This document shows positions 20,339 to 29,900 of a stretch of DNA of 64,000 nt, one piece after another. Both the position numbers and the translations under genes were made by a program. Numbering within the stretch: position 1 is the first letter of the stretch; the number at the start of each line of letters is the position of its first letter. This DNA comes from an archaeon (GTDB lineage: Archaea > Aenigmatarchaeota > Aenigmatarchaeia > CG10238-14 > SCSR01). The stretch covers positions 1,329 through 65,328 of the forward strand of contig DATEAB010000045.1 in the NCBI GenBank assembly GCA_035288545.1, read 5' to 3'. Below the pieces are notes generated by a model. It ran no database searches, had not been told where the DNA came from, and was given only the letters and a program-made list of their open reading frames with translations.

Positions 20339-20920
20339 TTAAAGCAAAAAGGTTAGCAGCGACACGCCGAGAAGGAAGATCCAGAGCCATGGCTTCCATT
20401 GAAAGACTTTGTTGCCGTCCAGCGGATTGATGGGCAGAAGGTTGAATAACGCAAGATAACTGTTTATTCGCGCTACAAAATCCAAGCCCGGGATTCCGGC
20501 CAGGCCGAAGACAAACGCAAAAAAGATGTTGACGATAGGTCCGACTGCTGATATTATACCTACTTCACTCGGCGTGAGATGCATTTCTCGATAACCCCAA
20601 CGGCCGTAGCGATAGGGCTGAATGACGACAGCGCCTGGTGCGATGAAACGGAATGGAAGCAGAAGCGTGACGAAACCTACTAGAAGTCCTTCAGGCCACA
20701 GCTTGAAGAAGGCGACGGCGTTGAATTTCATCGCCGCAAACTTGTGCGCCAGCTCGTGCAGCAAGAATGCCACAATTACCGTGATAAAGACAAGAAAAAT
20801 GTTTCCGAAATCTGGATATGCGAGGATGATTGTCAGGGAAAAAACTGCAATGATAATGTCTCTTATCTCCGTATATGAAAAAATACCAATGCGCTTTCCA
20901 GTTTCAATTTTCGTTTTCAT
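20339..20920 (-). CDS. Site-2 protease / M50 family metalloprotease
   Basis: HELAH zinc motif, NLLPINPLDG. Confidence 0.92.
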   Translation of the reverse strand: MKTKIETGKRIGIFSYTEIRDIIIAVFSLTIILAYPDFGNIFLVFITVIVAFLLHELAHKFAAMKFNAVAFFKLWPEGLLVGFVTLLLPFRFIAPGAVVIQPYRYGRWGYREMHLTPSEVGIISAVGPIVNIFFAFVFGLAGIPGLDFVARINSYLALFNLLPINPLDGNKVFQWKPWLWIFLLGVSLLTFLL

Positions 20921-21006
20921 TTTTGTCTAATAAATAAAATGGCAAAGCAAGCTAAAATAATATTAACCATATTAGCCATGGAACTTGCTAACCTGTCAAC
21001 CTGCGA

Positions 21007-21843
21007 CTAGCCGCCGACCAGAATATACGGCAGCGCGTCCCTGACGTTCGAAACTTCCTTCACACTTATCCCGACGGTCGAGCTTATGTCCTTCTTTGTC
21101 CCGACGTATTCGTTAGTGCAGTAAAGAAACGGTCCGATGGTTTCGCAATGCCTCACAGGCTTGTACGTCGCAGCCATGCCCTGACCGGCAGGAACTAGTA
21201 AAAGAGTTCCGCCGACATCTTTTGCCGCCTGCGCCTTTTCTTCAATTCCCCCTACTTCCCCGACCGTTCCGTCCGGCTCGATTGTTCCAGTCAGAATGAC
21301 ACTGTGGTTGACGTCCTTCCCTTGCAGAACAGCTATTGTCGCGACCGTGAGGGCGGCCCCAGCAGACGGTCCTTCCAATGCCGTGACGTTGCCTGCGTCG
21401 ATTCTGTAAATCAAGTCAACCCCAGAAAGGTCAAGCCCCGTGACATTTTGCGCCACGCGCTGAGCGACTCGAATGGAGTTTTGAGTATCAACAAAAAATA
21501 CAATGTCGTTCACATCGACAAGAACCCTTCCCTTCCCGTAAACTGCCTGCACGTAAAGGTTTGTCGCAACACCATTTCCATCCTGATCAATCGCGGGAAG
21601 AATCATCGTTATTTCTTTTCCCGAAAGTACTGGGATGTTTCCATTACTGCCAGCTGTTGTTGTGGTTGTTGATGTGGATGTAGTTTGAACTTGCGATTGC
21701 GGGAACGAATTTAATGCAGGAAAAATTTCACTTCTGAAATATGCAAATAATGCAAAGCTGATGACCATTCCGAATACGAATGCAAAAATTACTGATGATC
21801 CTTTCATCTTTCTTTCTCTAATTCCTTTTCTCATTGCAACCAA
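21007..21843 (-). CDS. Membrane-anchored S16 (Lon-like) serine protease
   Basis: EGPSAG catalytic Ser, TGTI...VGGIEEK catalytic Lys; N-terminal TM helix; no ATPase domain. Confidence 0.88.
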   Translation of the reverse strand: MVAMRKGIRERKMKGSSVIFAFVFGMVISFALFAYFRSEIFPALNSFPQSQVQTTSTSTTTTTAGSNGNIPVLSGKEITMILPAIDQDGNGVATNLYVQAVYGKGRVLVDVNDIVFFVDTQNSIRVAQRVAQNVTGLDLSGVDLIYRIDAGNVTALEGPSAGAALTVATIAVLQGKDVNHSVILTGTIEPDGTVGEVGGIEEKAQAAKDVGGTLLLVPAGQGMAATYKPVRHCETIGPFLYCTNEYVGTKKDISSTVGISVKEVSNVRDALPYILVGG

Positions 21844-21987
21844 CTTCTTTTTCTTCCGGCTTTCTATATTAATAGCTTTTCCCGAATTGTAAAGCTTTCG
21901 TAGGAATTTTCCTTCATTGATATAAAAGTTTTGTGGAACAGCATTTCACAAATGCTGCACGGACAAAAATCCGCAAAAAGATAAATG

Positions 21988-22264
21988 TGCAGAAGGCGCG
22001 CCGCAAGTGGATACAGACCTCCAGAGCAGTTAACCCGCATATCCTTCTCCATCATGTATCCTTCAAGCATCAAAACAACTAACTTATCCTTGCTCGGTTC
22101 CCCGCCTAGGGAGGTTCGATAATTGCCTGACCCTGTAGGGCATGACTTCTCAGTCGGAAACACGGACTGCGCTACAGGTTTTGCATCGCCTCTTGGCTTC
22201 AGTCGAGCATGTAGGCCATTTCTCGATTAAGGTGAGGCCTAGCCACCCCGCTTAGCCCTCTGCA
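21988..22264 (-). ncRNA. ffs: Archaeal signal recognition particle (7S) RNA
   Basis: Terminal helix TGCAGAGGGC/GCCTTCTGCA; Alu loops TAGGCC/GGCCTA complementary; helix 8 AACC-TCC-CTAGG-CGG-GGAA-CCG-AGCAA-GGA. Confidence 0.88.
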
Positions 22265-22384
22265 TTAACAATTAGCTCAAGATGGCAATTTAAAGCTTTC
22301 GAATTTCAGTAATTTGAAGAAAAAAGAAAAAGAAAAGAAAGAAATTTTAAACGCATGCTCCATTAACGCAGACTTGCTGTTACT

Positions 22385-22732
22385 TTAACCTGCCGTGCTA
22401 TTTGGGACGTTCACTTCGCTAGTATCTGTAGGACTAACGCATCCAGGATCGTCTGGATAATCGATTAGGAAATCGCCATCATCGTCCAATCCATTGTCGC
22501 AGGCAACGGTTCCAAGCTCGTTGTTGTCATGTTTGCTACTACATCCAGGATCTGATGGATAGTCTGTAAATGTGTCTCCATCGTTGTCAATTTTATCTCT
22601 ACACTGTAGAGGAGGAGCCATCACAGACGGAAATAGTGCATAGCTGACTACAAGAATTGTCGCAGTTAGGAGCAAAATACCAGCAATTGCAATTCCTTTT
22701 TTCATACTATCTTTAACAAAATTTGTTTGCAA
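22385..22732 (-). CDS. Small exported protein with two Cys/Asp-rich (CxDxxDNDGD...DYPxDPGC) repeats
   Basis: Signal peptide plus two tandem Ca-binding-like repeats. Confidence 0.75.
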   Translation of the reverse strand: MQTNFVKDSMKKGIAIAGILLLTATILVVSYALFPSVMAPPLQCRDKIDNDGDTFTDYPSDPGCSSKHDNNELGTVACDNGLDDDGDFLIDYPDDPGCVSPTDTSEVNVPNSTAG

Positions 22733-22750
22733 ATTATTTATAGTGGCTAT

Positions 22751-23923
22751 TTATCTCAATTTTCGAACTGACGATTCTATCCTGTCCATCGCTTCCTCAA
22801 TCTTGTCGTAGGCCGTCGCGTAGCTCATCCTAACAAAGCCCTCCCCATGTTTTCCGAACTCGGTTCCCGCAATAACGGCAACTTTTGCCTTGCTGAGCAG
22901 GAAATCCACGAATTTTTCCGACTTCATCTTCGTCTCGGTTATGTTCGGGAAGATGTAAAACGCGCCTTGCGGGATGTTCTTGAGATAAATGTTGGGAATT
23001 TGATTGATTCGCTTTGTTATTAGGCGTCTTCTTCTGTCGTACTCCTTTCTCATCTTCGCCACATACTTTCTGGAGTTCTGCAACGCGTCAACTGCGGCCA
23101 GCTGGGCGAACGTCGGAGCGGCAAGCGTCGTCGTGAGCTTGAATTCCTTCATCTCTTTTATTATTTTTTCGTTCGCAGCAGCGTATCCGACGCGGAAGCC
23201 GCACATCGCGTACGTCTTTGAGAAGCTTTGCGTCGTTATGACGTGATCAAACATCCCGTTGAGTCCCGCCATGCTGACGTGCCTTGCCTTTCCGTAAATC
23301 AGTTTCTCGTAAGCCTCATCGACCAGCGCAATTAGATTTTTCTCAATGACAATATCGGCAATTTCTTCGAGAATTTTCTTGCTCATCACAGTGCCGGTGG
23401 GGTTTGCAGGGGTGTTCAGAATCAACATCCTCGTCTTTCTCGTAATCAATTTTTTCAGATTTTCCGGATGAACTTCAAAATTGTCGCTTTCATGCAGGTT
23501 GACGGAAACGGCCTTCGCGTCTACCGCCTCGACAATCGGGCGAAAAGCAAGATAGCCCGGATCCGGTATGATCGCCTCGTCTCCGGCATCAAGCGCGACA
23601 AGCGACGAAAGCAAAATCGCCTCTTTCGATCCGCAGCAGACGATTATTTCTTCAGGGTCAGCGTCAATTTTGTTTTCTTTTTTCAATTTTTCCGCAAGCG
23701 CCTCTCTCAACTCGTGCCGACCCTGCATCGGCGAGTAGTGCGTGTACCCTTCCTCCAAAAATTTTTCAGTTGCCTTTATAACGTTAGGCGGAGCAGGAAA
23801 GTCAGGCTCGCCAGCACCGAGCGAAATTATGTCTTTTCTCGATTCTAAAATTTTCAGGCTCTGCTCAATCCGAGTGGTGCCGACAACGCCAACGCGCTTT
23901 GCAAGCCTGAAGGCCCTACGCAT
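22751..23923 (-). CDS. PLP-dependent aminotransferase class I/II
   Basis: GEPDF, NTPANPTG, DEAY, SFSKTYAMCGFRVG; likely start MRRAFRLAKR. Confidence 0.95.
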   Translation of the reverse strand: MRRAFRLAKRVGVVGTTRIEQSLKILESRKDIISLGAGEPDFPAPPNVIKATEKFLEEGYTHYSPMQGRHELREALAEKLKKENKIDADPEEIIVCCGSKEAILLSSLVALDAGDEAIIPDPGYLAFRPIVEAVDAKAVSVNLHESDNFEVHPENLKKLITRKTRMLILNTPANPTGTVMSKKILEEIADIVIEKNLIALVDEAYEKLIYGKARHVSMAGLNGMFDHVITTQSFSKTYAMCGFRVGYAAANEKIIKEMKEFKLTTTLAAPTFAQLAAVDALQNSRKYVAKMRKEYDRRRRLITKRINQIPNIYLKNIPQGAFYIFPNITETKMKSEKFVDFLLSKAKVAVIAGTEFGKHGEGFVRMSYATAYDKIEEAMDRIESSVRKLR

Positions 23924-23965
23924 AATAATTATTCTGGCGTGCAATATCTTAATTATAGTGAGCTC

Positions 23966-25354
23966 ATGGGTACTAAAAACTTGCAAAATTTTTTCGATCC
24001 TCTTTCTGTCGCAATTGTCGGCGCGAGCCACGATCAGAAGAAGCTAGGCTACATCGTGCTGGAGAATTTCGTCCGCGAGAACTTTCACGGCATGCTGTTT
24101 CCTGTTAATCCCGACACGACTCCGATTCTCGGAAAGGAAGTCTATCCGAGCGTGAAAAAAATTCCGGAGAAGGTTGATCTTGCCGTTGTTATTGTGCCTG
24201 CGTTTGCCGTGTCAAAAGTTTTGAAAGAATGCGTGGAAAAGAAAATTTCAAATGTGATTGTTATCTCAAGCGGTTTTTCAGAAATTGGCGGAAGAGGAAT
24301 AGTTTTGGAACAGCGTTTGAAGAAAATTATTGAAGTTGCGAAAGGGAGGACGAGCGTCGTTGGGCCGAATTGCATCGGCGTGTTCAATCCAAAAACAAAA
24401 ATTGATACAATGTTTCTGAGCAGAGAGCGTTTGAGGAGGCCTCGCGAAGGGAATATTGCTTTCATCTCTCAATCAGGCGCCGTCGGTTCGACCGTCCTTG
24501 ATTGGCTCGCGCAGGAAGGCATTGGCATAAGCAAATTCGTTTCTTACGGAAACGGGATTGACGTGAACGAGACGGATTTCCTGGAATTTTTTGCAGACGA
24601 CAAGGACACGCATGTCGTGGCGATGTATTTGGAAGGAATGAAAGGGGAAGGGGAGGAATTTTTGCAGGCGATGAGGAAAACGACAAGCAAGAAGCCAGTT
24701 GTCGTGTTGAAGGCAGGAAAGACAGAAAAAGGGACGAAAGCAGCCGCCAGCCACACGGGAAGTCTTGCAGGAAGCGCGAGAATTTATTCTGGAGCGTTCA
24801 AGCAGACGAACACAATAGAGGCAGGAAACTGGGAAGAACTTTTCGATTTTGTTAAAACATTCAGCATGCAGCCACCGCCGAAAGGAAACAAGCTGGCAAT
24901 AATTACTGACGGCGGAGGTTTCGGAGTTCTTGCGACGGACGAAGCAGAAAGGCAGAAATTGGAATTGCCTGAACCATCGTTGATTTTGAAAAAGAAACTG
25001 CAGAGCAAAATGCCGGCACATGTCAAAACCCACAATCCGATGGATGTGACTGGAGACGCGAACATGGAAAGATATTGGTACGCGATGGAAGCCATGCTCG
25101 GCAGCAAAGAATACGACGGTGCGGTTGTCATTTCGCTCATGCAAGTTCCGACGCTCGAACCGAAGATTGTCGATGCGGTTGTCGAGATGAAAAAATTCGA
25201 GAAACCAATTCTGGTATGCGCTGTCGGGAGCGATTTCACTCAGAGAGTCGAGAGAAATTTCGAAAACAACAGAATTCCTGTTTTTCCAACGCCGGAAAGG
25301 GCCGTTCGTGCCTTCGCAGCGATGTGGAATTACAAAAAATATCTGCAAAAATAA
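23966..25354 (+). CDS. acdA: Acetate-CoA ligase (ADP-forming) alpha subunit
   Basis: AIVGAS CoA-binding, GPNCIG, ISQSGA, phospho-His ASHTG, NPMDVTGDA. Confidence 0.92.
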   Translation: MGTKNLQNFFDPLSVAIVGASHDQKKLGYIVLENFVRENFHGMLFPVNPDTTPILGKEVYPSVKKIPEKVDLAVVIVPAFAVSKVLKECVEKKISNVIVISSGFSEIGGRGIVLEQRLKKIIEVAKGRTSVVGPNCIGVFNPKTKIDTMFLSRERLRRPREGNIAFISQSGAVGSTVLDWLAQEGIGISKFVSYGNGIDVNETDFLEFFADDKDTHVVAMYLEGMKGEGEEFLQAMRKTTSKKPVVVLKAGKTEKGTKAAASHTGSLAGSARIYSGAFKQTNTIEAGNWEELFDFVKTFSMQPPPKGNKLAIITDGGGFGVLATDEAERQKLELPEPSLILKKKLQSKMPAHVKTHNPMDVTGDANMERYWYAMEAMLGSKEYDGAVVISLMQVPTLEPKIVDAVVEMKKFEKPILVCAVGSDFTQRVERNFENNRIPVFPTPERAVRAFAAMWNYKKYLQK

Positions 25355-25520
25355 AAAACTTGTGAAAATTTTCCTGAAAATCTGAAAAAAATTTAAAATT
25401 CTGGAAAATTTCTGCGGAAAAATATTTTTTAAAAAATTTTGTCACCAAATAGTAATTCTTTGTCTCCACCAATGTTTATATACTTGGATTGTTCTTTAGT
25501 AAGACATAGGTGAAGATCAA

Positions 25521-25661
25521 ATGTTTTATCAAATAATTGATCTGACTAATAAATCCTTTGTTTCTCTTCTTCAATGGGATGAGGGAGAGGATGAAAGTGG
25601 CGAAGAGGAAGGATGGGGGGAGGACGAGGAAGAGCTAGGGTTCGAAGACCACGAATGGTGA
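25521..25661 (+). CDS. Small 46-aa acidic peptide (not in the ORF track)
   Basis: AGGTGA SD-like motif 7 nt before ATG, TTTATA upstream; MFYQIIDLTNKSFVSLLQWDEGEDESGEEEGWGEDEEELGFEDHEW. Confidence 0.55.
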   Translation: MFYQIIDLTNKSFVSLLQWDEGEDESGEEEGWGEDEEELGFEDHEW

Positions 25662-25806
25662 AACAAAAATACAGTAAGTATCGCAAAAACCGTCAAAAAT
25701 TTCATCAACATCAATTACATCATCAAAACACACTGAAAACATGCTGAAGACCCCCCTTCACTTTTTTGTTTTTTGTTTCCAGAATTTTCTTTTTCTCGCG
25801 AACCGC

Positions 25807-25850
25807 TGTCAGTTCAATGTCAGTTCAATGTCAGTTCAATGTCAGTTCAG
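25807..25850. repeat. 11-bp tandem repeat (TGTCAGTTCAA) x4
   Basis: Three exact copies and one with a terminal mismatch, intergenic. Confidence 0.9.
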
Positions 25851-25942
25851 TGAAGTTGTCACTTTGCAAGAACGAAGCTTAAATAGTACATAGAAGTCTT
25901 TATATCCCGACCAAAGTCAAAATTTCATTAGGTGAACAATGA

Positions 25943-26221
25943 ATGGTACTGTTTGAAGGTACTCTAGGACTCGGTGTTGGGTTCCTTCTAGCAGTTGCCT
26001 TTGCTGAGTATGCAAAGTTGAGACACAAGTCGGAGAAAGGTTACTCCTGGTTGGGAGTTTCCGCCGCCTTCTTCCTGTTCTCAGCAGCATTTGCAGCCCC
26101 AGCAGTAGGTTTGTACCTAGGATCGATCACCATCTTACAACAGATATTCGAACTGCTCGGATGGTTGTTCGCTCTCATAGCTGTAATCTTCGTAGCGTAC
26201 GAATCGCTTATGGAGAGATAA
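25943..26221 (+). CDS. Small three-TM membrane protein
   Basis: AGGTGA SD-like motif; three hydrophobic segments. Confidence 0.75.
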   Translation: MVLFEGTLGLGVGFLLAVAFAEYAKLRHKSEKGYSWLGVSAAFFLFSAAFAAPAVGLYLGSITILQQIFELLGWLFALIAVIFVAYESLMER

Positions 26222-26535
26222 GGCAGTAGGAGATAACGGTACAGCAGGGCAGCGCTAGACAGACATTACGTTAACACGTAAAAACCAATACGTTAAAACA
26301 AATCAACAAACGCTACATTAAATGATTAACTGAACAATGGCTTAGGATTTTGTAGCTTTTTTTATTCTTACTTTTACTTTTCCCCTTTTTTCCTTCCTTA
26401 CTTTCTTCATCCTCATTTTGTCACGCTTTTAAGTTTGAAGCTTCATCTATCAATTAATTAACCTAACAACTAACATTTGAACAGCGTTTGACTTGTCGGT
26501 GTGTCGAAGCCTGACGACGTGGAGTCCAGAGTGAA

Positions 26536-26823
26536 GTGCTAGAATTGCAGGGCTTTGAAGGTAGAAAACCGACCCGAGCCAGAAACCTGAAAGTGATAGA
26601 CCATCTTGGCACACTCTATGCTACATTCGACGGCAGCCACATGTGGAAGATGGACAAAGTTGCCTACGGAATCTGGCAGATGTGCGACGGTTCTCGAGAT
26701 TTTGATCAAATCACAGTCGCACTTGCGGCACGCATTGGTCACACTAACGAGGATGTCCGGCCTGTTGTAGAAGAGATTCTTACGGACTTGACAAAAATGA
26801 AGTTCATAGAATGGATAGGATGA
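26536..26823 (+). CDS. PqqD-like (RiPP recognition element fold) protein
   Basis: MDKVAYGIWQMCDGSRDFDQITVALA...VEEILTDLTKMKFIE fits the PqqD pattern (AxxIWxxxDG). Confidence 0.75.
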   Translation: MLELQGFEGRKPTRARNLKVIDHLGTLYATFDGSHMWKMDKVAYGIWQMCDGSRDFDQITVALAARIGHTNEDVRPVVEEILTDLTKMKFIEWIG

Positions 26824-26901
26824 ATTTTCCAACTTTCTAATTTCTAACACAATAACTTTATTTACTGCCAAATAGAAAACTCTTTATAGTGCGTTGTAGG
26901 T

Positions 26902-29900
26902 GTGGGGGTTTTGATTAATTCCATAAAAATTTTGTTCTTTATTATTTTTCTGACTGTTATCTTTATAAATTACTTTGCTTTTCCTGTTTTGGCAACAATC
27001 AGTTTGAATGTTTCAGCTTCTCTCACTACGCAGCTAAATAAAAATATAACAATCAAAGGCTCGATAGTAAATACAACTACTTCTGACACGATAGCTGGAA
27101 TAAATGTTACTGCAGTTGTGAATGGGAGTGGCGCTTCTCAAACAACAGGAGCAGACGGAACTTTTCGTTTTAACATAACCGCTCCTAACACTCCCGGAGA
27201 AAAGTTTGTTACTATCACAACAAATTCAAGTTCTCTTCGAACTGAAACAATTCCTATTTTTGCGACCAACTTGACATCAGGAAGCATTTCTTATGTAGGA
27301 AACTTCCCGCCATTTACCAACGGCTCAAACATGACAATTAATATCACTTTGTTTAATGGTACAATACCTTTCGCAAATTATTTTCCCAACGTGAGTATTT
27401 ACAAATCAAATGGAGGAAGAATCTCTTGGGGAATTTACAATTATTCGGCCAGTACTGGCACTGGTGGATTCATCACTTTCAACGTAACAATCCCTGCTAG
27501 TGCGGAAATCGGGCAGTATGCGATTGTTGTCGAGCGTGGTGCACTGTTCACAATTTTCGAGATAAGATCGAACTACATGATGGCAGTCAGCACAATGTCG
27601 ACTGCTGATGAGAGAACGTCGAATTTTGCTCCTAGCGGCACTGTGAATGTTCTTGCAAAAGTCAGGACAACAACTGGAAATCCTACCAGTGCGACAGGCA
27701 TCTCTGCGCTGATAACTCTTCCAAACGGAACTGTGCGAAATATCTCGCTCTCCGTGCATCCGACCCTTACTGGCCAGTACAACAAAACCTTCACAGAGAC
27801 GTCTGCTTCCGGGCAATATCAAGTCGCAATTTATGCAGTTGTCGCTGGCGCTCAGCTCCAAGCCAACACAGTTTTCAGCACAAAAGTTTTTGAGGTGGAT
27901 TTGGAAATGCAGAAGAAGTTCTTCATGGAATGGGGAGGTCAGGCTGCGTTCAAAGCAGGCGGCGTGGTCGCGCTTGACATCGTTCCAATTAATATGACAG
28001 ACGACACCACGATAAACGTAGGCGGGGCGGTATGGCCTGCATGCAACACAACTTATCTCAAGATGGTTGATGTCACTTATCCCAACGGAACCTCCATCAA
28101 CAGCTCCCAACCGATTGTAGGGGTGTCTTTCTCAACAAGCCAGAGCCTGACCGACAGCGTTTGCAAAATCAATTTTACAGCCCCCGCTGTTACTGGCGCT
28201 TACGGATTGAAAGTCAATGTGACGGTCGCAGGGGTGACTGAACAGGCAGAAGGATTTTTCGCAGTTCAGAAAATTTTCCTTAAAGTTTCCCCTGTTTCAG
28301 GACTGGGCGGACAAGAGGATTTCATGTCAGTAGTTTCGCCTGGAGAAAATGTGACCCTTGATATGACGGCGTATAACCTGACAACTGAAGCTCAAATCGA
28401 CGGCACAAGCATTTCAAACATAGTTGCAAAAAGAATCGTTCCTCTTGAATTTGCAACAGGCAGCTCCGAACTGACAACGCTCAATCAGTCAGCCACAACA
28501 GGGAGCAACCCGCAAATACTTGTCCAGATTCCTTCCTCGGTCATGGGGCCTGCGATTGTCGAGATAGAGGCAAGCGTTGGAACTGAGAAAGTCATCGGTA
28601 CTGCTTTCTTCATTTCCAATTATCTTTCAGGATTTCTGTTTCCCGCTTCCGGAATGGGCGGTGAAGGCGGCGGGGATTTTGGCGGCGCGCCTTTCGCCTC
28701 CTGCTCAGGCACTCTTAGCTTCAGGGGAAATGTCAACGAAGTGAAGACAGGGACGGCTGCACAAGGAGTGAGCGTTGTAAGCATCATACAGGCGCGCGAG
28801 GAACTTACAGGCCGCGATGTCAGCGGCATGCTTTCCATTGCCGGCACTACGGCAAGCGACTCGAACGGGCAGATAACCATCAACGTCACATTCAGTCCGA
28901 GCAGCGGATACGGCTTCTCAGGTTTCTATTTCATGATTTTCAACGCAAGCTACAAAGGCAATTCCGCAGGCCTGCCGGCTGGTTTCATGTGCAAGCAACT
29001 GGACTTCTGGCCGACCATTCAGGCGATAGGAACGACACAGGAGAGCTGGCGCGTGTCGCCGACATCAGGAGTCAACGTTACAATTTCAAATGTTGCCAGA
29101 CTGAACGACAGTGCGATAATAACTAACAGGAGCTATCTCACCCTTCCAACAGTTTTCAACTTCAATCCCTCAAAAGGTGGGATGAAAGTTCTTATTCCGC
29201 AAAACATTTCTGCTCTCAACGCGACTTTCGTGCAGAGAGGAAACAACTATACAGCAGTCGACTCAAACTACGTCAGTCTTGCGATTTACCCACAGAACTT
29301 CACTTCGGGCGGCCAGGCTCTCACAGAGTGGCCCAACGGTTTCCTTGATCTCCAGCCGCGCATTACGTCTGTTGATATTGACGGGGCGTCCGATACAGGT
29401 TTCGGCGGGTTCCAGGTCGTCGGCTTCGACGCATGGATTGAGGGATGGGACTGGGGAGCGAAAGGAGCAGGTCAGACTCTCTCTTATGTAGTCGACGTCA
29501 GGGCGAATGTCAGCAAGAACGTGACGAATGCAGCTGGCGAGAATGGTATTGTGCCTGACACTGTTTTCGTACGAACTTCTGCCAGCAACAACATGACAGG
29601 ATTCACTGTCAGGATCGGAAGGCCGTGGGAAGGCGAAATGACGACACTCACAGCAGTCAACGCGACTCTGCTTTCCGACGGATGGAACCATAGCAGCAAC
29701 ACGAGCTTCGAGAGGTGGAACGTGACATTTGTCATTCCGCAGACCACGAAGAAAGGAGAGGCTCAGCTTGTCATTACGGTCAACAATTCTAACGGCCAGG
29801 AAACAGACATCGACCTTTGGTTCACGATAACAAAATACACAGTTATACTTCCCTCGGAGGAAGGTCTTGGATCTCAGCCGTCCTCTCCATTCGACGCGTA

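Noticed and set aside
21864..22163. 99-aa ORF
   Set aside because: Shadow frame over the SRP RNA
21988..22264. RNase P RNA
   Set aside because: Lacks the GAGGAAAGUCC-type P4 signature; SRP motifs fit instead
25807..25850. Possible CRISPR array
   Set aside because: 11-bp units with no spacers and no cas genes in the window
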